IMG/VR virus record: IMGVR_UViG_3300042905_002309
Coordinates: 32,001-96,000 of that record
Direction: 5' to 3' (one strand)
Length of the DNA: 64,000 nt
DNA from: a virus
Taxonomy: Duplodnaviria; Heunggongvirae; Uroviricota; Caudoviricetes
In this document: positions 1 through 9,486 of the stretch, piece after piece
Layout of the letters: every line of letters begins with the position of its first letter
Position numbering within the stretch: the first letter of the stretch is position 1
Translations under genes and position numbers: made by a program
The notes under the pieces: model-generated
What the model was told of the DNA's origin: nothing
The model's database searches: none
The model's input: only the letters and a program-made list of their open reading frames with translations

Positions 1-226
1 AGCGTTGTCCAGCACGAGTATTCAAAATATTACTTAAAGCATTTCTTATGGCATATTCATCATAATCAACCACAATATCTTTACCATTAATACTTTTATA
101 TACGTTCTCGATACTGATACCTCGATTACTTTGCATGATATCGAAGTGCATATCAGTATATGTGTATCCTTTACTAGTACTTAACGATGTCTTCTTTGAC
201 AATTCTGTTAATTTAATTGAAGCCAT
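1..226 (-). CDS. gp25: Baseplate wedge subunit gp25-like, N-terminal part (runs off window)
   Basis: Manual translation MASIKLTELSKK...YTDMHFD...DEYAIRNALSNILNTRAGQR resembles the gp25 motif AIxNxLxNIxxTRxGxR. Confidence 0.7.
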   Translation of the reverse strand, partial: MASIKLTELSKKTSLSTSKGYTYTDMHFDIMQSNRGISIENVYKSINGKDIVVDYDEYAIRNALSNILNTRAGQR

Positions 227-279
227 AACATAATCCTTTACAAATATTTATCGGATTAGTTGAAAATGTAAGCAAATTC

Positions 280-287
280 TATAAATA
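280..287 (+). promoter_or_regulatory. T4-type late promoter TATAAATA
   Basis: Exact late consensus ~25 nt upstream of ORF 313, followed by AGGAG RBS; gp55 is encoded in the window. Confidence 0.75.
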
Positions 288-312
288 ATTAAAAGCAATA
301 GGAGAAATAAAT

Positions 313-882
313 ATGTTTACAGATTTCAAATCAAAATTTAGTATGTTGTGTGAAGAGAACACTCTTCGTTATAAACAATCAGGTGTATTGTTTGGTGATT
401 ATTGCATTATTCGACCTGATGCACTTAAATCAGACTTTATGAAAGGTAAGCCTTCTAATTTCGTAGATAAAATTAAATCTATGATGAATTCAGATAAGCC
501 TCTCAAGATTAGTGTAGTTAAATCAGTACGTCCAGAGAGTTCTAATGATCTTGCTGCTGGTGCTGGTGAGGCTTCTACTGGTACTATGGTGGATGTTATC
601 ACCTGTTTGACTCCTGCGACCTTTGTAGACCCTGTTACACTCCCTGTAGAGCTTATTGACGTAGTTATCCCTAATGATAACAATTGGAGTCCTGCTATGC
701 CTGATAGTTGGAAACGTAAAGATGATTCACAAATTGAACCCATCCCTGTTACTGATGCTACAGGTGAGCTTGATCACCAAACTCAAGGTTCAAAACGTAA
801 ATTGGCTACCAAAGATACAAAAGGTCTTGGTAAATCAGCCGTAGACGGTAAGAAATCAGCTAAAAAGGCTAAAGAGGACTAA
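313..882 (+). CDS. Hypothetical late protein
   Basis: 189-aa ORF with RBS and late promoter. Confidence 0.7.
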   Translation: MFTDFKSKFSMLCEENTLRYKQSGVLFGDYCIIRPDALKSDFMKGKPSNFVDKIKSMMNSDKPLKISVVKSVRPESSNDLAAGAGEASTGTMVDVITCLTPATFVDPVTLPVELIDVVIPNDNNWSPAMPDSWKRKDDSQIEPIPVTDATGELDHQTQGSKRKLATKDTKGLGKSAVDGKKSAKKAKED

Positions 883-886
883 TAAA

Positions 887-1486
887 ATGCAATTTACATC
901 ATTATCTAATAAAGAATCTGAAAAAATTTCTGATGCTTATGAACAAATCTTGAAAAAAGCTAAAGAAACACCAAAACCTGCTCCTAAAGACCCACCAAAA
1001 CCTATTAAAGAGGGTATCGATCCTCGTCAAGCTGATGGTGGCAAGGGAGATTATCTTAGAGACATGGCAAAAGATGATAAAGCTGATACAAGAAGAGAAA
1101 AAGCTTCTGCTATTCCTTTAGATCAACCTGCTGGTGTTGGTAGGGATCAAATTGCACGTATTGAAGCTGCAAGAGCCAAATTAAAGACATTAGCTGGTGC
1201 TTACAAAGAAGCAAAACAGACAAATGCGCCTAATTTGATCAGTTTACGTAGCGAAGTTGTTGATACCATTGCTGATGTGTTTGAAGATATCGCCCAAGAT
1301 GCTGTTAAACAGTTCGAAGGTGACAATCTTAAAACTACAAGAGGTAATTACGGTAAATACATGCAGTTCTTGTCTAATGAAAGCTTTAAGGGATTATATC
1401 TTCATGGTATTATCAAAGCCCTTAGAAAAGCTGGTGCTGGACAAGGGCTTAGTGACGCAACTCGTATTATAATGGGTAACTTCTAA
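887..1486 (+). CDS. Hypothetical protein
   Basis: 199-aa ORF with GAGGA RBS. Confidence 0.7.
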   Translation: MQFTSLSNKESEKISDAYEQILKKAKETPKPAPKDPPKPIKEGIDPRQADGGKGDYLRDMAKDDKADTRREKASAIPLDQPAGVGRDQIARIEAARAKLKTLAGAYKEAKQTNAPNLISLRSEVVDTIADVFEDIAQDAVKQFEGDNLKTTRGNYGKYMQFLSNESFKGLYLHGIIKALRKAGAGQGLSDATRIIMGNF

Positions 1487-1487
1487 G

Positions 1488-2441
1488 TTACTTATCTAAT
1501 ATTTGTTCAATCTTGATAACACAGGCAAAGAAGTTAATCTCTTTATCGAGTACTGTTGCATCTGCACACATCGAATCAGATATTACTAATAAAACTATCT
1601 TCTTCTTCGTCATAGGTAAGTCTGCATCAGCATAAAATAAATCAAAAAGCTGTCTCAATAAGGCTTGATAATTACTATTGAATGCTGTTTCCTTTGCAAT
1701 AACTGCTCCACGCATTTCAAAGATATCTTTCTTATTACGGATATAATCATAACAAGTCTTTGCCAATTGAGCAACTTCCTTGGTAAGATCGACTTCTGCG
1801 TAAATAAATTTACCAGTTATGGAAAATTTTTGAAGACTATTGATACCTGCACGTAAATCTGGATAACAATCATTGATTAATTTCTTAAAATTCTCTATTT
1901 GATCTTTATCAATTCTAATCTTTTCTTCGTGTAATATTTTAATAAGACGATTACTATATTCTGAACGACTAGGTTGAATATAAAATGTTCCTGCCGAACA
2001 ACGTGAACGAATGGCATCACTAATTTTATTAATATTGTTAGCAGTTAATACAAATCTTGCATATTTTGCATATTCCTCAATTGAATTACGTAAAGCATCT
2101 TGACCTGCTGTAGAAAACCCATCAAATTCGTCCAAAAAGACTACCTTAATACCACCATCAATACTTTTTGTTTGTATAAAATTAGTAATCTTACCACGAA
2201 CAGTTTCAATACCTGACTCGTCTGATGCATTAATATAAAGATATTGACAACCCAACAAATCATTTACAATGATATGACCTAATCGGGATTTCCCACCACC
2301 GGGTTCACCTACTAACAAAATATTAGGAATGTTTTTTGTTTTCTGTACATTTAAAAAATATTCTCGTACTTCTGGTGTAAGAATAATATCTTCAAATTTG
2401 TATGGTCTATATTTTACTTCCCAAAGAATATCAAAGTTCAT
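1488..2441 (-). CDS. gp44: Sliding clamp loader AAA+ subunit (gp44/RFC-like)
   Basis: KYRP, Walker A GEPGGGKS, INASDE, Walker B FLDEFD, SRC motif. Confidence 0.95.
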   Translation of the reverse strand: MNFDILWEVKYRPYKFEDIILTPEVREYFLNVQKTKNIPNILLVGEPGGGKSRLGHIIVNDLLGCQYLYINASDESGIETVRGKITNFIQTKSIDGGIKVVFLDEFDGFSTAGQDALRNSIEEYAKYARFVLTANNINKISDAIRSRCSAGTFYIQPSRSEYSNRLIKILHEEKIRIDKDQIENFKKLINDCYPDLRAGINSLQKFSITGKFIYAEVDLTKEVAQLAKTCYDYIRNKKDIFEMRGAVIAKETAFNSNYQALLRQLFDLFYADADLPMTKKKIVLLVISDSMCADATVLDKEINFFACVIKIEQILDK

Positions 2442-2626
2442 TTATTTTTCTCCATAAAATTTTCTGCACGTAAATGTTGTAAGCGTTGATCAAGATCATA
2501 TATCACATACTTCTGAAAGTCAATGATTTTCTTTAATCTTTCTATTTCAAGTTTATCATTACATGACGCACACTCACATTTACGTGTAGGTTCATCTTTA
2601 TCTTCCCAACCATGAACGAAATCCAT
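2438..2626 (-). CDS. Hypothetical protein
   Basis: Short ORF tightly packed in minus-strand operon. Confidence 0.5.
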   Translation of the reverse strand: MDFVHGWEDKDEPTRKCECASCNDKLEIERLKKIIDFQKYVIYDLDQRLQHLRAENFMEKNK

Positions 2627-2627
2627 A

Positions 2628-2969
2628 TTATTCTCCTTGGTATTCTAGAGAACCTTCATTGATAGTATTACCATCCATATTGTAAAAATGATGAAGAATC
2701 ATTTCACCGCTGTTAGCATTACCCACTAAACATGCCCAAAATCTGGTGTTATCATCTTTATCACCAACTTTACGTTGCTTATCAGTACTGAAATATGACT
2801 TACCATATTTCTTAATCCAATTTTCAACACGTTCAGGTGCAGAGAAAATTCCGATAACATGTACTGTATCATTGGGAATCAATTTCCCAAGTTTCTTCAT
2901 CTTACGACTCTCTAAAACAAAATATTCCTTTTTCATAATTAATCCTTTATAATTTCTGTTACAGACCAA
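2628..2969 (-). CDS. Hypothetical protein
   Basis: ORF in operon; true start probably at MKKEY. Confidence 0.55.
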   Translation of the reverse strand: MVCNRNYKGLIMKKEYFVLESRKMKKLGKLIPNDTVHVIGIFSAPERVENWIKKYGKSYFSTDKQRKVGDKDDNTRFWACLVGNANSGEMILHHFYNMDGNTINEGSLEYQGE

Positions 2970-3184
2970 TGTAAAATAATAGTTATTAATCCGCTAATAA
3001 GAAAAGAACTAATAACTATTAAAACTGCGTATACTAACGCAAACATAAAACTAAGTGCTAGTGTTAATCCCGATAATAATAAAACTCCTAAAATTACTAA
3101 ATTAATATATGCAATTTTCTTTCTCATATTAAACCCTTTCAATAAAATGTCTCCACGACTGACAAGGATGATTCTGCCATACAA
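2939..3184 (-). CDS. Small membrane protein
   Basis: Two hydrophobic segments; probable start at MRKKI. Confidence 0.55.
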   Translation of the reverse strand: MYGRIILVSRGDILLKGFNMRKKIAYINLVILGVLLLSGLTLALSFMFALVYAVLIVISSFLISGLITIILHWSVTEIIKD

Positions 3185-3722
3185 CGGAAGTCAAAGGATT
3201 AATCCATCTTGGCTTACGTGGTTGTATAATCAACTTCATACCTGCTTCTTGTGGGGTTCTGTTAGCCTTCTTCTGATTACAACCCATACAAGCTGGAACA
3301 GTATTATCCCATGTACTCTTACCACCTCTAGAGCGTGGCATAACATGCTCGATCTGTAATTCCTTTTCAGTAAAAACTTTACCACAATATAAACACTTCA
3401 TCTTATATGTCTTGAATAAATTCTCTCTGCTATATTTAACCTCTCTGTCGGGTAATCTGTCATACTTTGTAAGTACAATGATTTCAGGAACAGCAATAGG
3501 ACATCTAACAGTCTTAATCTTAGCATAATCTTCTGCATTTGATATAGAGAAGTTAATCCAATCTTCATAAGCATATCCAACATAGTCTCTATCTAAAGCG
3601 TGTGCATGATCCTTATAAAGTAATGTAATACCTTTAGGCCAATCAACAACATGTGTTGGAGTATAAGCTTTATTTAACACTAAAATATTATGTTTACTTT
3701 TCATCTTTAAATCCAATCCCAA
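3129..3722 (-). CDS. HNH endonuclease (McrA/HNH_5-like)
   Basis: LVLN..Y.P N-terminus; CLYCG...IEHVMPRSRGG.STWDN.VPAC..CN..K. Confidence 0.9.
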   Translation of the reverse strand: MGLDLKMKSKHNILVLNKAYTPTHVVDWPKGITLLYKDHAHALDRDYVGYAYEDWINFSISNAEDYAKIKTVRCPIAVPEIIVLTKYDRLPDREVKYSRENLFKTYKMKCLYCGKVFTEKELQIEHVMPRSRGGKSTWDNTVPACMGCNQKKANRTPQEAGMKLIIQPRKPRWINPLTSVVWQNHPCQSWRHFIERV

Positions 3723-3939
3723 TTTTATCTATTTTTTTATTAACTACTAAATCTTCTTCTCTTAATACCATTGTTTTAAATTCTGGCCCAAACCAATATA
3801 AAATTTCATATGTTACATTGAATTTATAAATGTTAATAGCATTTATTTTCCCATGCATAGGCACTTGCTTCGGATCACCGAAAGATACTAATGTACCTAT
3901 CGGTAACACTTTTCTTGTTTCCTCAGTTAGTTTCTTCAT
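3694..3939 (-). CDS. Hypothetical protein
   Basis: 81-aa ORF in operon. Confidence 0.55.
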   Translation of the reverse strand: MKKLTEETRKVLPIGTLVSFGDPKQVPMHGKINAINIYKFNVTYEILYWFGPEFKTMVLREEDLVVNKKIDKIGIGFKDEK

Positions 3940-3956
3940 ATGTTGTAAATACTATA

Positions 3957-5102
3957 TTATGCAATCTCAGTATTGTCAACAACTGTCGTATAAGTATTAT
4001 CGAATTTATAATCTCCACTGAATACAGCATACACTGTCACAACTGGTGAATATGATGGTTTAGGTTTAAACGATTCTCTTGGCATAAATCCATAACGCAT
4101 CGCAAGACGTAAATCTTTATCTGGATATTGTTTTTTAGCAGGAAATCCATAAAGCATCATAATTGGTCGATCTTCTGCCTTTTCTGTCTTTTCTAGAACC
4201 TCAAACACACCTTTAACGGTATATTTTGGTTCATATGTCTTATTTTTACAATGATCTTTGCAACATTTACAACTACGGAAACGCTGTTCTAAAAACTTAT
4301 TTTCCCAAATTGCTTGTAATTGACTATAAGGAATATTACCCTGTACTAAATCGTTAATATTACTTACCCATGAACGCATACTCAAACATGGAACAACATC
4401 TCCATTTGAAAGAATACCGATAGACTTTACACCTGCACTACACGATCCATTATTCATATCATCTGCAAGAACAACTTTTACCTTCTGATCAATTGCAGTT
4501 TGAATTTTATCAAATAAATGCTTCAACGCTTCATCATTGTTATAAATGGCATCAGAACTTTCCATATCATTATACATGGTGTACTGAACCTGCCAGTTCA
4601 TATTATACGTACTAACAACAGTTCTAATTTTATCAAAAAGAAATACATTATTGATATTGAAATTAGTAATGACGGTCATTTTATCAACTAATGGTAATCG
4701 ATTACCAAATGTTGCAAAGAATTGATCAATTTCCACTTGTTCGTTAAGTGATACACCAACCCAATCATAAGATTCTAATATTTTAATCTTATCATCAAAA
4801 ATCATCGGGGAAAGTTGTTTAAAACTCTTAGGATTGAAAAGGATTTTAACCTGTACACCCTTATCTTTCAATACTTTTACCAAACGTTGGTGTGTAGCTA
4901 ATGGTACTAATAGTGGATCACCACCACTAACATCGATAGCCGTAGGTGGAAACTCTGCAATGGCATCAACAATTCGATCAATAGTATTGGTATCAATTTC
5001 AGTATCCCATTGGTCTTTTGATCCACAATATTTACAGCCATTGTTACACTTACCTGTAATTTCGTAAATAATCTCTTCTAATTTAATTGCTGGTTTATTC
5101 AT
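3957..5102 (-). CDS. Radical SAM/SPASM protein, splicease-like, with C-terminal YG-motif tail
   Basis: YEITGKCNNGCKYCGS (CxxxCxxC), SGGDP, SPASM CSAG..SIGI.SNGDV.PCLSM, C-terminal Cys cluster. Confidence 0.85.
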   Translation of the reverse strand: MNKPAIKLEEIIYEITGKCNNGCKYCGSKDQWDTEIDTNTIDRIVDAIAEFPPTAIDVSGGDPLLVPLATHQRLVKVLKDKGVQVKILFNPKSFKQLSPMIFDDKIKILESYDWVGVSLNEQVEIDQFFATFGNRLPLVDKMTVITNFNINNVFLFDKIRTVVSTYNMNWQVQYTMYNDMESSDAIYNNDEALKHLFDKIQTAIDQKVKVVLADDMNNGSCSAGVKSIGILSNGDVVPCLSMRSWVSNINDLVQGNIPYSQLQAIWENKFLEQRFRSCKCCKDHCKNKTYEPKYTVKGVFEVLEKTEKAEDRPIMMLYGFPAKKQYPDKDLRLAMRYGFMPRESFKPKPSYSPVVTVYAVFSGDYKFDNTYTTVVDNTEIA

Positions 5103-5350
5103 ACATCTCCATTCGTTAAGTTTGCATCATCTTCACGTTTATCCAAAAATCTTCTACGATATTCATCACCACAATGAATTGCTGCATATACAGTATCATG
5201 TAGATTCGAATAGTTAAAATCTCTTGTTGTCATGTATTCTTTCATAAGATAAAAGATACAATATTCCAATTCACCTTTAGTGGTAAATGGTGGAAGTTCA
5301 CTTAAAACTTCATTAAATTTAACTCTATCACCTTGTTTAATATAGGGCAT
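5099..5350 (-). CDS. Conserved phage hypothetical protein (MPYIK type)
   Basis: MPYIKQ..R...GELEY...EYRRR pattern. Confidence 0.65.
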   Translation of the reverse strand: MPYIKQGDRVKFNEVLSELPPFTTKGELEYCIFYLMKEYMTTRDFNYSNLHDTVYAAIHCGDEYRRRFLDKREDDANLTNGDV

Positions 5351-5351
5351 A

Positions 5352-5744
5352 CTAATCCCTCTTCCTTTTATTTTGGATTACATCAACCGCATTCAACTTT
5401 AAAAAGTATTCAATACTTCCGGGACTTTTATCATCAACATAGATATTAGCATAAATTTTACGGTTTGCAAAGATATGTCCATTTTCTTTGAGCATTTTTA
5501 CCACATATTCAGAGTGTGATGGAGCATTATCATTAACCGCATCAAATGTTAGCCCATTTTCATTACATCTGTCGATAGCTTCTTGTAATGTTCCTGCCTC
5601 ACGACAAGTCCATAAGATAATTTCTGCACCTTCCGATTTGAATTCTTTTACTTTTTCAAATACAGGAATTACAGGATTACCTAAATTGGGGTAACTATCT
5701 GTGAATAATGTACCATCATAATCAACTGCTACTATATATTTCAT
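5352..5744 (-). CDS. HAD-superfamily phosphatase
   Basis: VAVDYDGTL, LWTCR, KIYANIYVDD motifs. Confidence 0.85.
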   Translation of the reverse strand: MKYIVAVDYDGTLFTDSYPNLGNPVIPVFEKVKEFKSEGAEIILWTCREAGTLQEAIDRCNENGLTFDAVNDNAPSHSEYVVKMLKENGHIFANRKIYANIYVDDKSPGSIEYFLKLNAVDVIQNKRKRD

Positions 5745-5813
5745 GCTTACTACTATATCAAAATATTAAAAAAATACAAGTAGTATTTGCACTTTTTTAC
5801 ATAAATAGTTAAA

Positions 5814-7796
5814 ATGGAGCATACTATGGACTTTAAAACACTTTACAATGAAATATTAACCGAAGGTAAAACCGAACTAGAGAAAATTAAGGAAGAAATA
5901 GCTAAAATTAGTGTAAAATATGGTGAAAAAGCTGCTACTGCCTTGGAAAATTTGTTAGAAGTAGTACAGGCTCATTCAACTGCATTAAAAAGCTTCCAAA
6001 AAAAGACACCAAAACCAACTTTATCTAAAAAAATAGATATAAATAACCCTAAAAATAATAAAGAACGTGAAAAAATTAGTGAGTATAAGACAGCCCTTGT
6101 AGCATATAAAGCTGGATACGAAGATTTACAACACACAAAATTAAATGCTTTAGTTCCAATTTTAGATTCGGTTAAAGCAATTAATGTTCCTGAAAAAGAT
6201 CCGTGTGGATTAGAGTATACCCAAGGGAATTCAAAAGTTGGTGATGATACCATAATCATAAACATGGGACCAGCAACCGTATGTGACTCTGCTAAAGCAG
6301 GTAAATGTGATTTATACTTTTTGGGATTCTGCTATGCTCAAAATAACGAATCTACTCATAAACTCGCTATTGTTAAACGTTTTAGAGAAAAATTACAATG
6401 GAAATTCGGAAATCCTACCACTATAGCTACACAAATTTCAGATGTAATTTTAAAATTAAGAAAACGTGGTGATAAGATTAAATATGTACGTTTTAATGAG
6501 TCTGGTGATTTCGCAACACCTAATGATGCAACACCTAATGATGTCTCTAAATTTGAACAGGTTGTAGAAGAAACAAATAAATTATTAGGGAGTGATCCTG
6601 TTATATTCTACACCTATACACATAGAAGTGATTTATTCGAAACATATAAACCAAAATCTAAAGAACTTATTATTCAAGGATCAGGTAAATTTGGTGAAAC
6701 TGGTAAAGAAAAACCATTTTTTGTTCATAATTGTTTCATGGGTATTGATTATGGTATCGTTGTTAATTTATTAGAGAATGGTAAATTAAATGATTCAGAC
6801 GAATTAAAAACTGCACTAGGTTTACCGCTTGATAAACCTATTAAAAATGTTGTTTATTGTCCCGGTAATTGTTTTGGATGTCTATTATGCAAAACTAAAA
6901 AGGAAGGTGTTGATAATGGCAGGTTAATTTTAGTTATGAATCATGGTATGGGTGCGGAATTAACTAATGCTGTAAAAGATGTTACAAAACAACTTAGAGA
7001 TTTATTCAAACAAAATGCCAATCAGATTTTAAAATTAAATGCTAGTAATATTCCAGACGCTTTAAAAAAGGCTATTTTCTCCACTCAATATTTTCATGAG
7101 AATAGTGTCGTAGAAAAACTTCTTCTTTATACAATGCCTCGTTATAATAATAAAACTAAAGTAACTAAACCACCACTAGTTGATATTGATAGTATATATC
7201 CCTTCATTATGGATATGCGTGAGTCTTTTAAGAAAGAAGTAAAGGCAAATCCTAAATCACAAATTCTTAAAGCAACTAGAAGATTTTTAGACCTTCAAAC
7301 TGGTAAAGCTAGTGACGAAGCTCTATTACAATTTATTGATAAAACTCGACAGAAAATTAAAAGGGGTGAAGTTATTACTGATGTACCAGAAACAAGTGGT
7401 CCCACGGATGTTCCAACGGTTGCAGTGAATAGTAGTTATAAATTAAATGGTAATTTATTAACCGAAGGTAAAAAATTCGATATATCAAAAGTTTCATCAG
7501 TTAATTTGGCTAATATGGCTTTAGATGGTAGTCTTGCTAAATTTAATGGATTCAAAACTGAAAATGATTTATATCCAGACGGAAATCCTGATAAAGAAGT
7601 AGAAGAAACACCTCAACCTGCACCTGTTCAAGCTCCTACAGCTACCGCAATGCCTACTACTCCTGCTACACCTGCACCAACGGCTCCAACAGCCCCTACA
7701 ACAGGTGAAGTTGTAGCAGACAGTCTACGTGTTCAAAAGAATATGCGTAAGATTCTAGGAGAAAAGAAGTGTATTATTTTGAAGAACCGTCTTTAA
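5814..7796 (+). CDS. Large protein with GP88-like Cys-rich domain and Pro/Thr/Ala-rich tail
   Basis: GNSKVG, C..C...CYA, YVRFNESGDF, YTYT, CPGNCFGCLLC...HG; late-type promoter upstream. Confidence 0.6.
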   Translation: MEHTMDFKTLYNEILTEGKTELEKIKEEIAKISVKYGEKAATALENLLEVVQAHSTALKSFQKKTPKPTLSKKIDINNPKNNKEREKISEYKTALVAYKAGYEDLQHTKLNALVPILDSVKAINVPEKDPCGLEYTQGNSKVGDDTIIINMGPATVCDSAKAGKCDLYFLGFCYAQNNESTHKLAIVKRFREKLQWKFGNPTTIATQISDVILKLRKRGDKIKYVRFNESGDFATPNDATPNDVSKFEQVVEETNKLLGSDPVIFYTYTHRSDLFETYKPKSKELIIQGSGKFGETGKEKPFFVHNCFMGIDYGIVVNLLENGKLNDSDELKTALGLPLDKPIKNVVYCPGNCFGCLLCKTKKEGVDNGRLILVMNHGMGAELTNAVKDVTKQLRDLFKQNANQILKLNASNIPDALKKAIFSTQYFHENSVVEKLLLYTMPRYNNKTKVTKPPLVDIDSIYPFIMDMRESFKKEVKANPKSQILKATRRFLDLQTGKASDEALLQFIDKTRQKIKRGEVITDVPETSGPTDVPTVAVNSSYKLNGNLLTEGKKFDISKVSSVNLANMALDGSLAKFNGFKTENDLYPDGNPDKEVEETPQPAPVQAPTATAMPTTPATPAPTAPTAPTTGEVVADSLRVQKNMRKILGEKKCIILKNRL

Positions 7797-7993
7797 AACA
7801 GATTTCCACCAAAAATATCATTAAAAATACTACTATCAACCTTTGGTTCGGGTTTTCTGGCTTCTAAACCCTTATCAAAGGCTAATTTTAAAGCCTTCTT
7901 AAAGCCTTTCTTAGTCATTGTAATGGTTTCAGAATCGTTTCTGAGATTCACGTTCTTATTTTCTATAATAATCCATAATGTTTCAAAGTTCAT
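7793..7993 (-). CDS. Hypothetical protein
   Basis: 66-aa ORF behind TTGACT...TATATT promoter. Confidence 0.55.
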   Translation of the reverse strand: MNFETLWIIIENKNVNLRNDSETITMTKKGFKKALKLAFDKGLEARKPEPKVDSSIFNDIFGGNLF

Positions 7994-8028
7994 GTGAATA
8001 ATATATCACTATTTTTGGAAAAGTCAAC

Positions 8029-8057
8029 AAAAAACCCCAAACCTTTCGGAATGGGGT
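8029..8057 (-). terminator. Intrinsic terminator ending tRNA operon 1
   Basis: ACCCCA-TTCC-GAAA-GGTT-TGGGGT followed by U-tract. Confidence 0.8.
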
Positions 8058-8085
8058 AAAACGACGAATATAGATTGTTTCTAAA

Positions 8086-8159
8086 TGGTGCGGTATGGGA
8101 AATTCGAATTCCCAACAAAACATTGGCAATGTCTTATGTTACCATTACACTAATACCGC
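8086..8159 (-). tRNA. tRNA-Gly(GCC)
   Basis: Cloverleaf, loop TTGCCAA, encoded CCA. Confidence 0.9.
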
Positions 8160-9045
8160 ATAAAAGTTTCTTTATCTGTTCAAAATATTTTAAACCATAC
8201 TGTTCATTAAAATTACCATCTTTAGATACATCAATGGTTATTAATTGTATATTGTTTTTAAGACATAATTCAGATTTAATTTTGTCTTTTTTTATATTAT
8301 TAATTAATCGCTTCTCACCATATATTGGTTTATAATGGATGATGCCGTTAAATTCAATTCCTAATTTATAATCAGGAAAATATAAATCTAGTTCATATGG
8401 ATTTATTATTTTTCTACTATTAAAAAGACATTTGGGTTTTAATGTTGTTAATATTTTATCTTTCAAATATTTCTCTAATTTAGATGTTGACGCATGTTTT
8501 ATATGATGTTGTAAATTATATTTATTTCTGCATGTCATATTACAAAATTGATTTGTTGTTTCCTTTTTGTAAGATTTACGTGTAAATTCTTTATTACAAT
8601 AAGTACAAATTAGTTGTTTTTCGTATACTTTAGTTCGATATTTAGTTCGATATTTACTTGCACACGATTTACTACAACATATTGCATCCTTTTCTCCACT
8701 ATGAAATGATATTTTACATTGTGGACATATTTTATTTGGTAGTTTATTTGCATTAAATTTACCAGAACACGTATGATTACAAAAATGATTATTAGATTTA
8801 ATAAAATCTTTATAAATTAATATTATATCGCAGCCACATTGTTTACATTTAGTGGATATACGATTTTGTTTAAACTTTGCTCTACATGTATTTGAGCAAC
8901 AGTCTAATTTTCTCCCACCAGACAAACAAGATAACACTTCATTTTTTGGTTTATAATAAATGTTATTACATTGTTTACATTTAAGTGGTATAGGATCACG
9001 ACTCTTATAATTTTTTAATTCTTCTATTGTTATTTGTATGTTCAT
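8134..9045 (-). CDS. Putative homing endonuclease: CxxC repeats plus PD-(D/E)xK domain
   Basis: Multiple CxxC/C..TC repeats; ELDLY...GIEFNG..HY C-terminal domain; located inside tRNA array. Confidence 0.75.
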   Translation of the reverse strand: MNIQITIEELKNYKSRDPIPLKCKQCNNIYYKPKNEVLSCLSGGRKLDCCSNTCRAKFKQNRISTKCKQCGCDIILIYKDFIKSNNHFCNHTCSGKFNANKLPNKICPQCKISFHSGEKDAICCSKSCASKYRTKYRTKVYEKQLICTYCNKEFTRKSYKKETTNQFCNMTCRNKYNLQHHIKHASTSKLEKYLKDKILTTLKPKCLFNSRKIINPYELDLYFPDYKLGIEFNGIIHYKPIYGEKRLINNIKKDKIKSELCLKNNIQLITIDVSKDGNFNEQYGLKYFEQIKKLLCGISVMVT

Positions 9046-9062
9046 ATAACTATTTAGTGAAA

Positions 9063-9141
9063 TGGAGCATCAGGCGGGTAACTCTCCCGCTTATATTATC
9101 CACATTGGAAGTGTGGTGCCTCAATTTTAGGCTACTGATGC
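9063..9141 (-). tRNA. tRNA-Gly(TCC), atypical T-loop
   Basis: CCACA-CTTCCAA-TGTGG; T-loop AGAGTTA; CCA. Confidence 0.8.
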
Positions 9142-9147
9142 ATGAAT

Positions 9148-9224
9148 TGGAGCAGTAAGTCAGACTTCCACTGACTAAATGTGAGGTTGCAACTCACCGC
9201 TTCGTGTGTTTTAGCTTTTACTGC
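9148..9224 (-). tRNA. tRNA-Cys(GCA)
   Basis: GTGAG-TTGCAAC-CTCAC; U73; CCA. Confidence 0.85.
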
Positions 9225-9231
9225 ATAAATA

Positions 9232-9306
9232 TGGCGAGTCAAATCGGCTATGCTCCGATATCAAAAGCGCAATAAGCTTCCGTTTTAATGTTTAAACTAT
9301 TGACTC
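9232..9306 (-). tRNA. tRNA-Asn(ATT), atypical
   Basis: GAAGC-TTATTGC-GCTTT; G73; CCA; non-canonical T-loop. Confidence 0.6.
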
Positions 9307-9312
9307 ATAAAA

Positions 9313-9398
9313 TGGCGGGGATGACGGGACTTAAACCCGCATTGCTTTTCAGCGTCACCGTGACAGGGTGATATGTCTATCAATTCCACCACATCCCC
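9313..9398 (-). tRNA. tRNA-Asp(GTC) with long variable arm
   Basis: TCACC-CTGTCAC-GGTGA; G73; CCA. Confidence 0.85.
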
Positions 9399-9404
9399 AA
9401 AAAA

Positions 9405-9480
9405 TGGTACTCGATCACAGAATCGAACTGTGATTTTCTGCATGTAAAACAGAAGTACTAGGCCGTTGTACGAATCGAGC
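9405..9480 (-). tRNA. tRNA-Val(TAC)
   Basis: TCTGT-TTTACAT-GCAGA; CCA. Confidence 0.9.
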
Positions 9481-9486
9481 ATTAAA

